Both the position numbers and the translations under genes were made by a program. From Heteronotia binoei (lineage: Eukaryota): 64,000 nt of DNA. Shown here piece by piece: positions 1 through 11,123 of this stretch (positions within the stretch are counted from its first letter, which is position 1; every line of letters begins with the position of its first letter). The notes below the pieces were generated by a model. It was given only the letters and a program-made list of their open reading frames with translations. It was not told the origin of the DNA and ran no database searches. The DNA lies in the NCBI RefSeq assembly GCF_032191835.1, contig NC_083228.1:79670001-79734000 (forward strand). Reading direction: 5' to 3'.

Positions 1-486
1 TTCATGAAGCAGAAAATCCTGTCAGAGCATATAAATTGGTATATGTTGTCATGTTATAGCTTTGTCAAAAAATAAAGCTCTGCCAAGCTTCCTTTTGAAA
101 CTGGACATTTTTCTTCTTCTTAGTTGGTACATGTAAGAGGGAAACAAAGCAGAATATTGTGGCTTCTTTTATATGTCAATTATAGCTCTGATTTTCCTCA
201 TTGTGTGAAACAGTGGAAATGACCAGATCATCAACAGAGAGCAACTGATAGACTTACTTGTGTGCTTTAATAAACTAGAGAGGAACTACAGTGTGATCAT
301 CCATTCAAAATGAACATTTCTGTATAGTTTTCTTTCGGAAATTCTGGGATAAGAGTATTAATTTTGTGAAATCTCTCAGATGCTTCTATATGTTGAAAAC
401 TGAATGGTGTGTGTACGTGTGTGTTTAATTCCTTGAGGAGCTGGATACTGAATGATATCCAGATGCTTTTGTTCATTCTTTTTCAG

Positions 487-535
487 ATTAACCTGTGGTG
501 GAAATCACTGAGTGAAGGGCAACGTGCTGTCTCAG
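487..535 (+). CDS. PARL: PARL internal coding exon (human exon 4 equivalent), INLWWKSLSEGQRAVS-G
   Basis: tttcag acceptor and G|gtttgt donor; 49 nt; matches recalled human INKWWNNLSDGQRTVTG; phase joins the next exon. Confidence 0.93.
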
Positions 536-970
536 GTTTGTGTTAGCTTACAAGTATTAGACATTCTCAGGAAGAGAGATATGGCAAACAGGTACAGTAT
601 GTCACTGGATGGCTGTTAAACTTAGGGCAGTCCTGCCTATCTATATGTTTATTTTGCTTCTCTATTTATTTTGCCGTTTATATGCTGCTTTTGTCTCTGC
701 TATGACCCCCAAAGCAGCTTCCCCCCAAACAAAAACAACACCCCCCCCCCCAACAGAATTTGAACACATGTAAAAGAGAAAACAAAAATATGCAGCATGA
801 ATTCCAGGCTGGTCCTAGATCTGCTGGGTAGTTGACTCACAGCCACAAGTTGCAAGCCATAGGCTATGAGCCAAGGCTGTTGCTGAATGGCTCACATCTC
901 TGACTTTGGCTAGACTTTTAGTACCTTCAAGCAGGATGGGGAACATAAACTCAGCTTGAATGTTATACAG

Positions 971-1270
971 CTGGGATGGTCAAACTTACTTAACATAAGA
1001 GCCACATAGAATAAACGTCAGATGTTTGAGAGCCACAAGACATAAATGCCAGATGTTGGGAGCTGTAAGACATGACAGAAGGAAGGCAGACAAATGGAGG
1101 GAGAGGTGGTAAGAAAGCAACTTCAAATGCATTCTTCAAGCTGCCAGCTGGCTTGGCTTGGAGAAGTGATTTTTAAAAAGAGATGCTTTCTCCATGCTGA
1201 CTGACAAAGTGCTGGGGGCTTCAAGAGCCACACAATTTGTTGCTTCTGAGCTGCAGTTTGGCCACCCTTG
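971..1270. mobile_element. Non-autonomous hAT-type MITE (CAGGGATGGCCAAAC family)
   Basis: TIR ctgggatggtcaaac / gtttggccacccttg; 8-bp TSD ttatacag / ttatatag; homologous to 13534..13892. Confidence 0.8.
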
Positions 1271-2043
1271 TTATATAGGTAGCAGAGATATTCCCAAACA
1301 CTCAGCATATATCCTCTTTAAGCTAATATTATGTACACGTTTTATATCACCTAATTTCTGTATGGTATGGTGGCATATTTCAGTCAGATTATTCCTGAAG
1401 AGTATTACCTGTCTATTCAGATGGAATAAGCCTATCTTTTAGGGTATTTGTACAGTTGTTGGTGCTGGAGTCAGTTGTGTACTTATTACTAGAAAACCAC
1501 AAATTTTTTTGCTTTATGTGCAGATACTATATATGTTTTTAATAAATTCAGTAAGTGGAAAAAATCAGTATTTTAGGAAGAAAACTGCGATTATCTATCT
1601 AATGCAGGATGTTCCTATTTTTTTTAGACAGTCAATTTTTAGTTTTCTTGTATTTTCTCTGCCATTAGGTGGAAAATTCAAGGCTTTATCACAATCATGA
1701 CTCAAATTTCTAGTTTTGCTTTTTTTTTAAAACTGCCATATAAAACTGAAAATAATCAGATGCTGTTCTTGTTGATAAATTATGCATAATGGTTGCAAGA
1801 GATATACATAAAATGTATTTCTCTATTTTGTGCATCTGGACATGAAAACCTTAATAGAACAATAGAACAAAGTGAAAGTGTATTTAAAAATTTCTTGTAT
1901 TCAGTTATTCTTAAATACACTAGTAAAATAGTCATTTTATGGTGATTGTATTTACAAGAGTTAAATCTTGTGCTGTATATGTTGTAAAATGGACCATTTT
2001 CCTGATTGTCTACTTTATCACTAAACTCATCTTAAATTTGTAG

Positions 2044-2139
2044 GTATTATAGCAGCAAATGTCTTAGTATTTTGCTTATGGCGGGTACCTGCTATGCAGC
2101 GGATAATGGTTACATACTTTACATCAAATCCAGCTTCTC
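2044..2139 (+). CDS. PARL: PARL exon (exon 5 equivalent), IIAANVLVFCLWRVPAMQRIMVTYFTSNPAS
   Basis: ttgtag acceptor and gtaagt donor; 96 nt; near-identical to the PARL TM segment. Confidence 0.96.
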
Positions 2140-2639
2140 GTAAGTGTACTGTAATTATAATGCATACACATTTGTGTAAGTTTTATGTTTTTTTAATTGA
2201 CACATGATTTCGCTGCATGATTCGGGAATTCAGTATCAAAAAGAGATTCAGCAATATACATAGCTTAGAAATTCAGACACAAATGAAAATATACCTTAAC
2301 AGAGAAATTGGCATAGTTACTGCCAGATTAATGAATAGCCAAAATGAAGATTTTATACATTTGGAACTGTCTTGACTTCTGATGTATTGGCCAGGTTAGA
2401 ATTGTGTATGTTAGGTATTCCTTTTGCAGTTGAAAGTATGGAACTTTTCTTTACTTCAGTGAACAGTTCTTTAGTTGATAAGGCAGAAGTGATGGAAACC
2501 CATGGCTTCAAAACTGGATCGATTCCTTCTCATGACTAGTTATCCAAATCTTTTTATGAGTTTGGACCTACCTATTGGTTTAGTCCCCCAAATACTATGA
2601 AACAGATTCTAGTTCTTATTTTAAAACAATGGTAAGAAG

Positions 2640-5135
2640 TAGAGATGGGCATGAACCAGGAAAATAGTGATTTGTGTTGGTTCATGGTTAATTTGATTGC
2701 CTGAACTGATGGTTCATATTGGTTCATTTCATTTCTCCAACTGGTTCATGATTTGTTTGGTTTGGAAGGTGTAGAACAGCCCCCTCATGAGTTAGAGATG
2801 CCAAACTCACTGGGAGTCTTCATCAGGCTCTCCTCCACCTGCCCCCCAGGTTTGGCAGAGATTGAATTTGGGATATTTTTTGCAGGCAAAATCACGTCGC
2901 TCCGCCATGACCTTCCTGCCACATTGGATACAGTGCAAGAACTCGCGGCTCCATGCCTGTCTTCTGGTTCAGTTCTGGATCACTTTGACACACTTAGCCT
3001 GGGGGAAGTTGACGGAATTCTCTCTACTGTACTCTCAACAACTTGTGATCTGGACCCATGCCCCTCTTGGCTGATTAAATCTTGCCAGAGGGAACTTAGA
3101 TGTCCTATACGGGACATTGTAAATAGATCCCTCTCAGAGGGGCATTTTCCAATACCTCTTAAAGAGGCCAAATTGGCAAATTTACTGGTCTCAAATTTAC
3201 CATTTTTGGGTAAAATTATTGAGAGGGCAGTAGCGTTACAGTTGCAGGGTTTTCTGGATGACGCTTCCATCTTAGATCCTTCTGGATGACGCTTCCATCT
3301 TAGATCCTTACCAGTCCGGCTTCCGCCCGGGTCATGGGACAGAGACAGCGCTGGTCGCTTTGGTAGATGACCTCCAGCGGCACCTGGACCGAGGCAGCGT
3401 GGCAGTGCTGATGTTGTTAGATCTGTCGGCTGCGTTTGACATGGTCGACCATCAGTTACTGACCCGCTGGCTTGCCGACGCAGGGATCAGGGGGTTGGCC
3501 TTATAGTGGCTTTCCTTCTTCCTTGATGGAGGGAGACAAAGGGTGGCAATTGCGGGAGAGCTGTCCTAGAGGCACTCACTAGATTGTGGGGTGCCGCAAG
3601 GGGCAGTCCTCTCTCCGATGTTATTTAATATCTACATGCGCCCCCTTGCCCAGATTGCCCAGATGTATGGGCTTGGGTGTCACCAATATGTGGATGATGC
3701 CCAGCTCTATCTGCTAATGGATGGTCAGCCTGACTGCATCCCACAAAATCTGGACCTTGCTTTGCAAGCCGTGGCAGGTTGGCTCAGGCTGAGTAGGTTG
3801 AAGCTGAATCCAACGAAGACGGAGGTCCTTTGCTTGGGTCGTGGCACTCCAGGGAGAGAAATCCCCCTCCCAGTTTTTGACGGTGTGTCACTGAAAGCGG
3901 TACACAGAGTCAAGAGCTTGGGGGTTCTACTGGAGCCTTCATTGTTAATGGAGGCCCAGATAGCGACCACTGCCAAATCCGCGTTTTTTCATCTGAGATG
4001 GGCGAGGCAGTTGGCCCCCTTCCTGGAGCGTCATGACTTAGCAACAGTGATCCATGCAACGGTCACCTCGAGACTGGATTACTGTAATGCCCTCTACATG
4101 GGGCTGCCTTTGTGCTGAACCCAGAAGCTGCAGCTGGTGCAGAACACGGTGGCTAAGCTGTTATTAGGGCTCCCGAAGTGGGAGCACATACAGCTGGGGC
4201 TGCGCGAGCTGCACTGGCTGCCAGTTGTATATTGGGTTCGTTACAAAGTGCTGGTTATTACCTTTAAAGCCCTATATGGTCAAGGGCCTGTCTACCTTAG
4301 AGACCGTCTCTGAGCCCCAGAGAGTACTGAGGTCAGCGGGAAAAAACTGGTTGACAATCCCTGGGCCGAAGAAGGCCAAATTGAAGACCACACGAGAACG
4401 GGCCTTTTCGTTGGTAGCTCCACACTGGTGGAATCAACTTCCGGATGAAGTGCGGGCCCTGCGGAGTCTTGATCAATTCCGCAGGGCCTGCAAGACCACT
4501 CTTTTTAAGATGGCCTTCGCCAAAATACAGAGTTAAGTTAGATCCGCTGTTGACGTTTCCGCCACTAAATTTACTGAAGGTTTGAGATGTAGCACCATAA
4601 ATCTTAATTTTAATGGTTTTATTAATGTATTTATTGAATTGTATGAATGTTTGGTGTATATTGATTTACATGTTGTGAGCCGCCCTGAGCCTGCTTTGGC
4701 GGAGAGGGCGGGATACAAATAAAATGTATTATTATTAATATTTGAGTTATAGCCCTCTAAAACAGGTGCCTCCAGGATAGCTCAGCTTCAGCTCTTAATA
4801 CAATCTAACTCTTCTCTCCTTTGTGCTGCAAAGTGAGTCAGAATGTCTGCTCCCACAGAGCAGAATGGGAGCTCTGAGAGCTGGCAATAAAGCTATAGAC
4901 AACTACTGTGGGTGTTTCTTGGGCTCCCAGAAGTCCACCCCCAGCGTTGCCTAGGGATTGATTGAATTAGTGCCAGGCTGTCTGGAAAAATGAACTGTAA
5001 AAACTAACCAAGGGGGAAAAAGGTGGTTTGTTTTCTGGTTTAGGCATGACCAAACAAACTGGTTTGAAATGAACCAAGGACCAGTTCAGTTTGTAATTGA
5101 ACTGTGATTTGTTTTTTGGTTTGTGCCCATTCTCA
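2640..5135. mobile_element. hAT-type MITE (TAGAGATGGGCATGAACC termini) interrupted by an L2 LINE
   Basis: TIR tagagatgggcatgaacc / ggtttgtgcccattctca; 8-bp TSD gtaagaag (2632..2639) / gtaaggag (5136..5143). Confidence 0.75.
2871..4737 (+). mobile_element. 5'-truncated, disrupted L2-clade LINE (RT remnant and 3' UTR)
   Basis: LDPCPSWL, PQGAVLSP-LFNIY, YVDDAQLY, LKLNPTKTE and RLDYCNALY motifs in ORFs 2753, 3591 and 4225; several stops; 29-bp duplication at 3252..3309; 3' gagccgccctgag stem and (TAT)n tail. Confidence 0.92.
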
Positions 5136-5711
5136 GTAAGGAGATATCAGTCACAAGCAGCAGGATGGATTTTCTGAAGGAGGGATAGGTCATGATGACA
5201 AATGCTTGCAACGAAGACAAAGAAATGCCTATTCTTGTTTCTGAAGTGTAGTCAGTGTATTTGCATTTTATGTGAGGGGTTTTGGAAGAAATATAGGGAA
5301 GCTAATTCATCAGACCTTTAGTGCAGGGTCTGATCGATGCTCTATCTAAAGAGTGTATGGTTATGGATAGTCAATTAGTTTGAAGCTTTGGAAACAGATT
5401 TTTCTGTATCTTTGCATGTGATCAGTCTCTTTACCCTAGGATTATCTTGTTTTTGCAGAAACATATGCCATAGATCTGCATAAGAGGGTCAACCAATTTC
5501 TATTAAATGCATGATTTAAAAACTGACGCTCCAACCCCACTGTCATATAGGACTTAGACTGCTAGTGGTTTTTCATTTTAGATGGACAACACAATGGATA
5601 TTTTATGGCACATGTATACTTTCTCTTGCCAAGTTCTCTCCAACATTTAAATTTGTAAATCAAGAGTGTATATAGTAATAAAATGATTTCCCCTTCCCCC
5701 TTTTTACCTAG

Positions 5712-5861
5712 GAGTTTTGTGCTTTCCCATGGTCCTGTCTACTTTTAGTCATTTCTCATTTCTGCACATGGCAGCCAACATGTATGTTCTGTGGAGCTTC
5801 TCAACCAGCATAGTCTCTCTTCTGGGACGTGAGCAGTTCATGGCAGTATATTTCTCTGCTG
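5712..5861 (+). CDS. PARL: PARL exon (exon 6 equivalent), [49 protein letters not shown]
   Basis: cctag acceptor and gtaata donor; 150 nt; rhomboid HxxxHxxxN motif. Confidence 0.97.
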
Positions 5862-6362
5862 GTAATAAATTCAGAGACTTGGTTATATTTAGATGTTTAA
5901 TTCTACCCTGCTAAAATTGCTTTAAATGTAACTAATTTTTAGAAAGTACTTTGTATTGTAGCTTGGGGAGGGGCTGTGACTTAGTGGTAGAATACCTGTT
6001 TTGCATGCAGAAGCAAAGGAAGAGAAGCCTTAAAAGTTCAGAGCATGCTTTAAAGTTCCAGAATAAGGAGATAAGGGAAAGGAAAGCATTTACCTTGCTG
6101 TAAACTGAGGCAACTTTGAGAGCAGGATATACTTATCATATTGTACATACATTCAAGTCAAGTATGCCTCTGGAGAGTAGCTTATAAACTTTCTAAGTAA
6201 TCATCTGGGAGAGGACACTGTCAATTAAAAGTTGCTCCTCCATAGAATAGCTTTAGTTGGATAAATGAGTGGGATGGCTAGTACAGAAAAGAGGCTAGTA
6301 CAGAAAAGAGCCTTTGGTTCCTTAGTGATGCTGCATTTCCTAACTAAATTCTAATTTTCTAG

Positions 6363-6433
6363 GTGTTGTTTCCACATTTGTAAGTTATGTCTGCAAAGGA
6401 GCCACAGGGAGATTTGGACCATCACTTGGAGCT
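6363..6433 (+). CDS. PARL: PARL exon (exon 7 equivalent), VVSTFVSYVCKGATGRFGPSLGA
   Basis: ttctag acceptor and gtgagt donor; 71 nt; leads into the GASG catalytic motif. Confidence 0.96.
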
Positions 6434-6567
6434 GTGAGTTCCACTTCTGTATTCAAGCTAATTTACCTGCTTTTCAGGAACTTTTCTGAACATAGTGTGT
6501 TAAGTAGAAATAGGTTTACTGGTGGGGGAGGAGCACAGGAGACATTAATGAACTCTGGAGACTTTTC

Positions 6568-6785
6568 TGTAAATTGAATCCCGGCCAGGACCGATGCGTG
6601 GGTGTCGGTGAACTAGGCAATTGCCTAGGGTGCCAGGTCCCAGCAAGGGTTGGGGAGTGGGCACCCCCTCCCCACTCACGCCATCCTTGAGCCTCTGGCT
6701 CATTTTTTCTCGGCTCTGAGGGATCGGAGGAGCTCCCCTGACCCCTCAGAGCCGAGAAAGAGCAGTGTTTCCCTTCCCCAGCCTC
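6568..6785. repeat. Truncated GC-rich transposon-like fragment with a 17-bp perfect internal inverted repeat
   Basis: Starts CAGGAC; arms at 6706..6722 and 6743..6759; CpG-rich against its flanks. Confidence 0.45.
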
Positions 6786-7249
6786 ATACATCTTATAAAC
6801 TATTCACTAAAGGAATATTATAAATAATGTAATAGTTGTGGTACTTAGTTCTTTAGGTTTTATCTTACAGAAGTAGAATAGGAACTGATTAGGCCAACTA
6901 CATTGATGACCTAGACTTTCCATTATAAATCTTTACCTTGAACCAAGTTTCACTTGTTGTAATTGAAAATATTCATAGTAATTGTTACAGAGGGTTATAG
7001 TTTAACTGCTTGACTGATTATTTGTATGCTTAGTCTGAATTGCCCTACTAAGTTCAAGGGGATTTACTGCAAACCAAAGTAGTGGCACTGTGAAAAATTA
7101 AGACTGGATGGGATTTACTAAGTAAAATTTCATAGAATATGGCTGCAAGCTGCATAGCGTTGTAAATTTAGTTGAGTTTGTTAGTGTTGCAAATAAGTTG
7201 GATATGTTGCAACTGTTGTAGTTTTCATGAAAGTGTTTTTGATACTGTA

Positions 7250-7428
7250 TACATTTCTGGAGGTGGTATAAAGTGCTGTCAAGTTGCTGCTGACTCATGG
7301 TGACACTGTGAGGTTAGTTGACCATTGCCTGCATCTGCATTGTGACCCTTGTATTCCTGGTCTTCCATCCAAATACTAACCAGGGCTGACCTTTGGGCTA
7401 GCCTGGGCTATCCAGGTCAGGGCAATTT
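7250..7428 (-). mobile_element. Degenerate 5S rRNA-derived SINE
   Basis: Reverse strand reads ccctggttagtatttggatggaagacc (5S-like) plus ggcaatggtcaac body; related to 33972 and 55138 copies. Confidence 0.65.
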
Positions 7429-7609
7429 CTGCCGGATCATTTTAGACTAAAAAAGCTTTGTGTCTGAGTAAAAATACTATGATTTCTTAAGCAATTTGGC
7501 TCAGATCCTTTTACTGAAATAATTACTTTCAAACTGCTGTGGAATGCTGCAGTGTTTGGGGACTTTGAAGCTAGTAGACCTGGGTTCCTGCTGGTTCTTT
7601 TCCCACCTT

Positions 7610-7856
7610 ACATATGTTTTGACTGGAATAGAAGTTGGATTCAAGTAGCCAGCTCAGGGTTGACTCAACCTTCCATCCTTCTGAGGTTGGTAAAATGAGT
7701 ACCCAGCTTCCTGAGTGTAAAGCATAGATGACTGGGGAAGGCAATGGCAAACTATCCCATAACAAAAACTCTACCAAGAAAACGTCATGATGTGACATCA
7801 CGCTTTGGGTCAGTAATGACTCGGTGCTTGCACAGGGGACTACCATTACCTTTTTA
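7610..7856 (+). mobile_element. Sauria-type SINE with Bov-B/RTE-like tail
   Basis: ggttgactcaaccttccatccttctgaggttggtaaaatgagtacccagc core; ggggactaccattaccttttt tail. Confidence 0.75.
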
Positions 7857-7963
7857 TATTTCTATTCTAAAATGAAATTAATATTCTTGTCTGATGTTGC
7901 AAAGTAATAGCACAAGATAATAGTAATGTTCTTAATTTAACTTGTATTTAAATGTAATTCTAG

Positions 7964-8065
7964 TCGGGTGCTATAATGACCATCCTTGCAGCTGTATGTA
8001 CAAAGATGCCAGAAGCCAAGCTTGCTATAATATTTCTTCCAATGTTCACATTTACAGCTGGAAAT
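7964..8065 (+). CDS. PARL: PARL exon (exon 8 equivalent), [34 protein letters not shown]; first codon is the catalytic Ser
   Basis: ttctag acceptor and gtaagt donor; 102 nt; TCG at 7964..7966 completes GASG (human S277). Confidence 0.97.
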
Positions 8066-8921
8066 GTAAGTAGCTGTTGGAGTCCGCCTTTCCTTTTTCT
8101 GCTTGTCAATTAGCTAAGCACACTTCTATTTTATCAGTATTTCAAAGCTGCATGCAATTTTAAAGTTAATTTTAGCTCAAGGCACAATTCACTGTTGCAC
8201 TGTGTTCTTTTATACTAATGAATAGTGTATATTTGCATTACGTTGTGGCATTTCACTTCTGAGTAGGCAAAATTCTGACATTTCTAGCTGTTTCGTTACT
8301 GCTAAAATTGTGGACCAGGATCTAAAGCCCTACTTTGGTTGTGACAAACGGAATATGAACAGCAGATCCCCTTGCTATATCATAAACTGCTTTTGAATGT
8401 TTCCCTCATTTCTCCTCCCATCTCAATATCTGTATCCTAATAGCAAAGATTTAATGTCTTAAAATGCTGCATTTAAAATAACCATTGGAGGAAAGTGTTT
8501 AAAATTTGGGGCTCTTTCAAAAGTAACTAATTGCAGCTTTGGTACACTTTTAGTATTCCAGTGGTGAGTTGTAGGTTTTCTGTGTCAGTTTGGCTGACTT
8601 AATGCTGTGCTTTACACAATAAAAACAGAACTCTAATCTGCCATAATTGACATATATTTTGTGATGCATCTAGCATTTTGTTAGTTAGAGCAGTTTTGAG
8701 CTTTTGGTCCTGTTGCCCTAATTGTGATACAGCTTGTTGCTAGATATTCCCTAACCTCCCCCCCCCCCCCGGTTCCTATTTTACCTGTGGTGAGCTAAGA
8801 CTTGGAGAAAATGATTTGCTCAGCCCACTGAGACCAACATAGAAGTCAAGGTTGTAGTAACTAGGATCCAGTCCAAATCCAAGTACAGCCCTTACACTCA
8901 CTCTTTATAAAATTATTCATG

Positions 8922-9767
8922 GGATGGAGAAAGAGTTTTTTCTCCTCTTCCTGTAATAGTAGAACTCAAGACACCCAATGAAGTTGGTGGGCAAATACAT
9001 ACAGGATAAACACAAGGAAATAATTCTTCACTCAACAAGTAATAAAATTGTGGCATTTGCTGCCAGTAGATGGTAGTGATGGCTGTAATCATAGATGGCT
9101 TTAAAAGAGGGTTAGATTAATGGAGGATAGGTGCAGAGGCAGTAAACCTCTGAATACCAGTGCTAAGAGGCAGCTGTCAGACCCCAAAGTCAAGGAACAC
9201 GCAGATAATAGAATCAAACGTTTATTCCAAGCATCTTAGAGCAATACAATGATTTGCTGAAACTGGGATTCCAGCTCAGAGGCACCACCTATATACCCTT
9301 GGTGGGCCGTTAGCAATTCAAGCAAAGCGTGGCAAAAAGCAGCGGGCGCATTTGGCGGGTATTCTGCATCTCACCCCCCCCCCCTTACTACAGTCCAGGT
9401 GCCATATCTAGCAGTTCCCCCAATCTCCTCCAGCTCGACCTTGGTTGCCATGTTAACAAATTGCTAAGATAACTAAGAGGGGTGCACGATAGCTAAAGCG
9501 AAAGCAAAGTAGCAATTACATCTTTCAGAATGGAATGCAGGCTGTCTCACTCAAAAGTGTTCAAGGTCAGTCATACAACAATGGCAACAGTTATATGACA
9601 AGAGGATACAATCTGGGGTAGACTCTTGACAGCAACATCAGGAAAAGGCCTTGGCCTCTGTGCCTTGCTTGTTGGCCCTACAGGGCTAACTGGTTGGCTG
9701 CTATGTGAAACATTATGATGGACTAGGTGCAACCCTGGTCTGATACAGTAGGAATCTTATGTTCTTA
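8922..9767 (+). mobile_element. Old CR1 LINE 3' end split by a solo LTR
   Basis: Degenerate CR1 RT C-terminus (cf. 42030 copy) and ttatgttct tail; reads through the LTR as aagaggc(a/g)acatcagg. Confidence 0.75.
9175..9631 (-). mobile_element. Solo LTR (457 bp), antisense to PARL
   Basis: TGTCA...TGACA termini; 5-bp TSD gcagc / gcaac; on minus strand TATATA (9290..9295) precedes AATAAA (9221..9226) by about 65 nt. Confidence 0.8.
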
Positions 9768-9910
9768 AAGGCTACTGCCTATGCATGGTGGAAGATAATT
9801 TTTATGAGGAATGTTTTCATAATTTTCCTGTTTTTGACCTACTGAAACACATGCTTAATTTTGTTGTCTGCTGGAGTCTTATCAGTGCCATACTTGTTAC
9901 TTACTTCTAG

Positions 9911-10008
9911 GCTCTAAAAGCCATTATTGCAATGGACAGTGCAGGACTTGTTTTGGGTTGGAAGTTTTTTGATCATGCTGCTCATCTTGGGGGAGCTCTG
10001 TTTGGCAT
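9911..10008 (+). CDS. PARL: PARL exon (exon 9 equivalent), [32 protein letters not shown]; contains the catalytic His
   Basis: ttctag acceptor and gtaagt donor; 98 nt; HAAHLGG motif, CAT at 9983..9985 (human H335). Confidence 0.97.
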
Positions 10009-10222
10009 GTAAGTTTTTAAAATATATTATATTACTATGGCAGTGTGACACTACTTCATAATGAAAATAGTGCTGAAAAATATAGTGGTTTTCATGTTAT
10101 AGACACTAAGTTATTACTGAGATGGTTTTCATCCAGTGACTTCATGTTATTTATCTGGTAAATATTTGTTACATCTATAATGCATCACATGATGGAATTT
10201 CAGCTGTGTTTGTTGCTTTAAG

Positions 10223-10319
10223 GTGGTATGTAACGTATGGAAATGAACTTATTTGGAAGAACAGAGAACCACTGGTGAAGGCTTGGCATAACATAAGGAC
10301 GGGGAGTTCAAAGAAGTGA
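10223..10319 (+). CDS. PARL: PARL last coding exon, WYVTYGNELIWKNREPLVKAWHNIRTGSSKK-stop
   Basis: ctttaag acceptor; TGA at 10317..10319; matches the PARL C-terminus. Confidence 0.96.
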
Positions 10320-10496
10320 GTTATGGATGTATTGTAGAAGATGCCTGAACAGCCACAGCGTGCTACTCGAAGATCTGAAAGTGGACTAGTTATTCTGCTG
10401 CCACCCAATATTGGGTATTGGAATCTTTAGTTTCTAATGTGGCAACCCTCACTTGAAAATAATTACATTTGATAGTAAATGTGGTAGAACTGAAAC

Positions 10497-10502
10497 AATA
10501 AA
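10497..10502 (+). terminator. Probable PARL polyadenylation signal (AATAAA)
   Basis: First canonical AATAAA about 180 nt after the stop, followed by U/GU-rich sequence. Confidence 0.6.
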
Positions 10503-10988
10503 GATTTACCTTATTGCTTTATGAAGTGAGCTGTTATTTTTTTCTGGACTATTTTGGAGTTTCCTTATTTGGATTGTGGCCCATTGGTTTAATTTTAATT
10601 TTTAACACAAGATATACAACAGTTGAAAATAGTGAGCATATTTGTGTCAAACCTGCGGAGCAATTGTAATGTTACAAAACATGGCTGCAAACGGGTATTG
10701 AATTACTGGCATACAGTGCTGTGAATTTTTTTAGATGCACCTTTGCTATGAATTCTGGTTTATATTTTATTGTTCTCCTTGTCATCGTCTTATTCTGCAT
10801 TTTGTGTGTCTGACTAAAGTAGTGGTTTCTGTAGTATAACATAGGTACATATTTATAAAGCCCTAATGTGGGCTGAGAGAATCAGCAAATATAGGTGTTG
10901 GGCAGCAGCCTGCATTACAGTGTATGTTATGATGGCATACAGCTTTAACCCCAAACTGGACATGATACACAGAAACAGATACCTTTCA

Positions 10989-11123
10989 ATATGTTGTCAA
11001 AGGTTTTCACGGCCAGAGTCCATTGGCTGTTGTAGATTTTCCGGGCTGTGTGGCTGTGGTCTTGGCATTGTGAGACACAATGCCAAGACCATGGCCACAC
11101 AGCCCAGAAAATCTACAACAGCC
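10989..11123. mobile_element. Short palindromic insertion, probably Penelope-like element derived
   Basis: 50-bp arms at 11023..11072 and 11076..11125; 15-bp flanking direct repeat aacagata(c/t)ctttca; sequence resembles recalled squamate Penelope termini. Confidence 0.65.

Noticed and set aside
5960-6020. tRNA gene (ggggctgtgacttagtggtagaatacctgttttgcatgcagaag)
   Set aside because: Only the 5' half with an A box is present, with no T arm or acceptor stem; it is a SINE head fragment.
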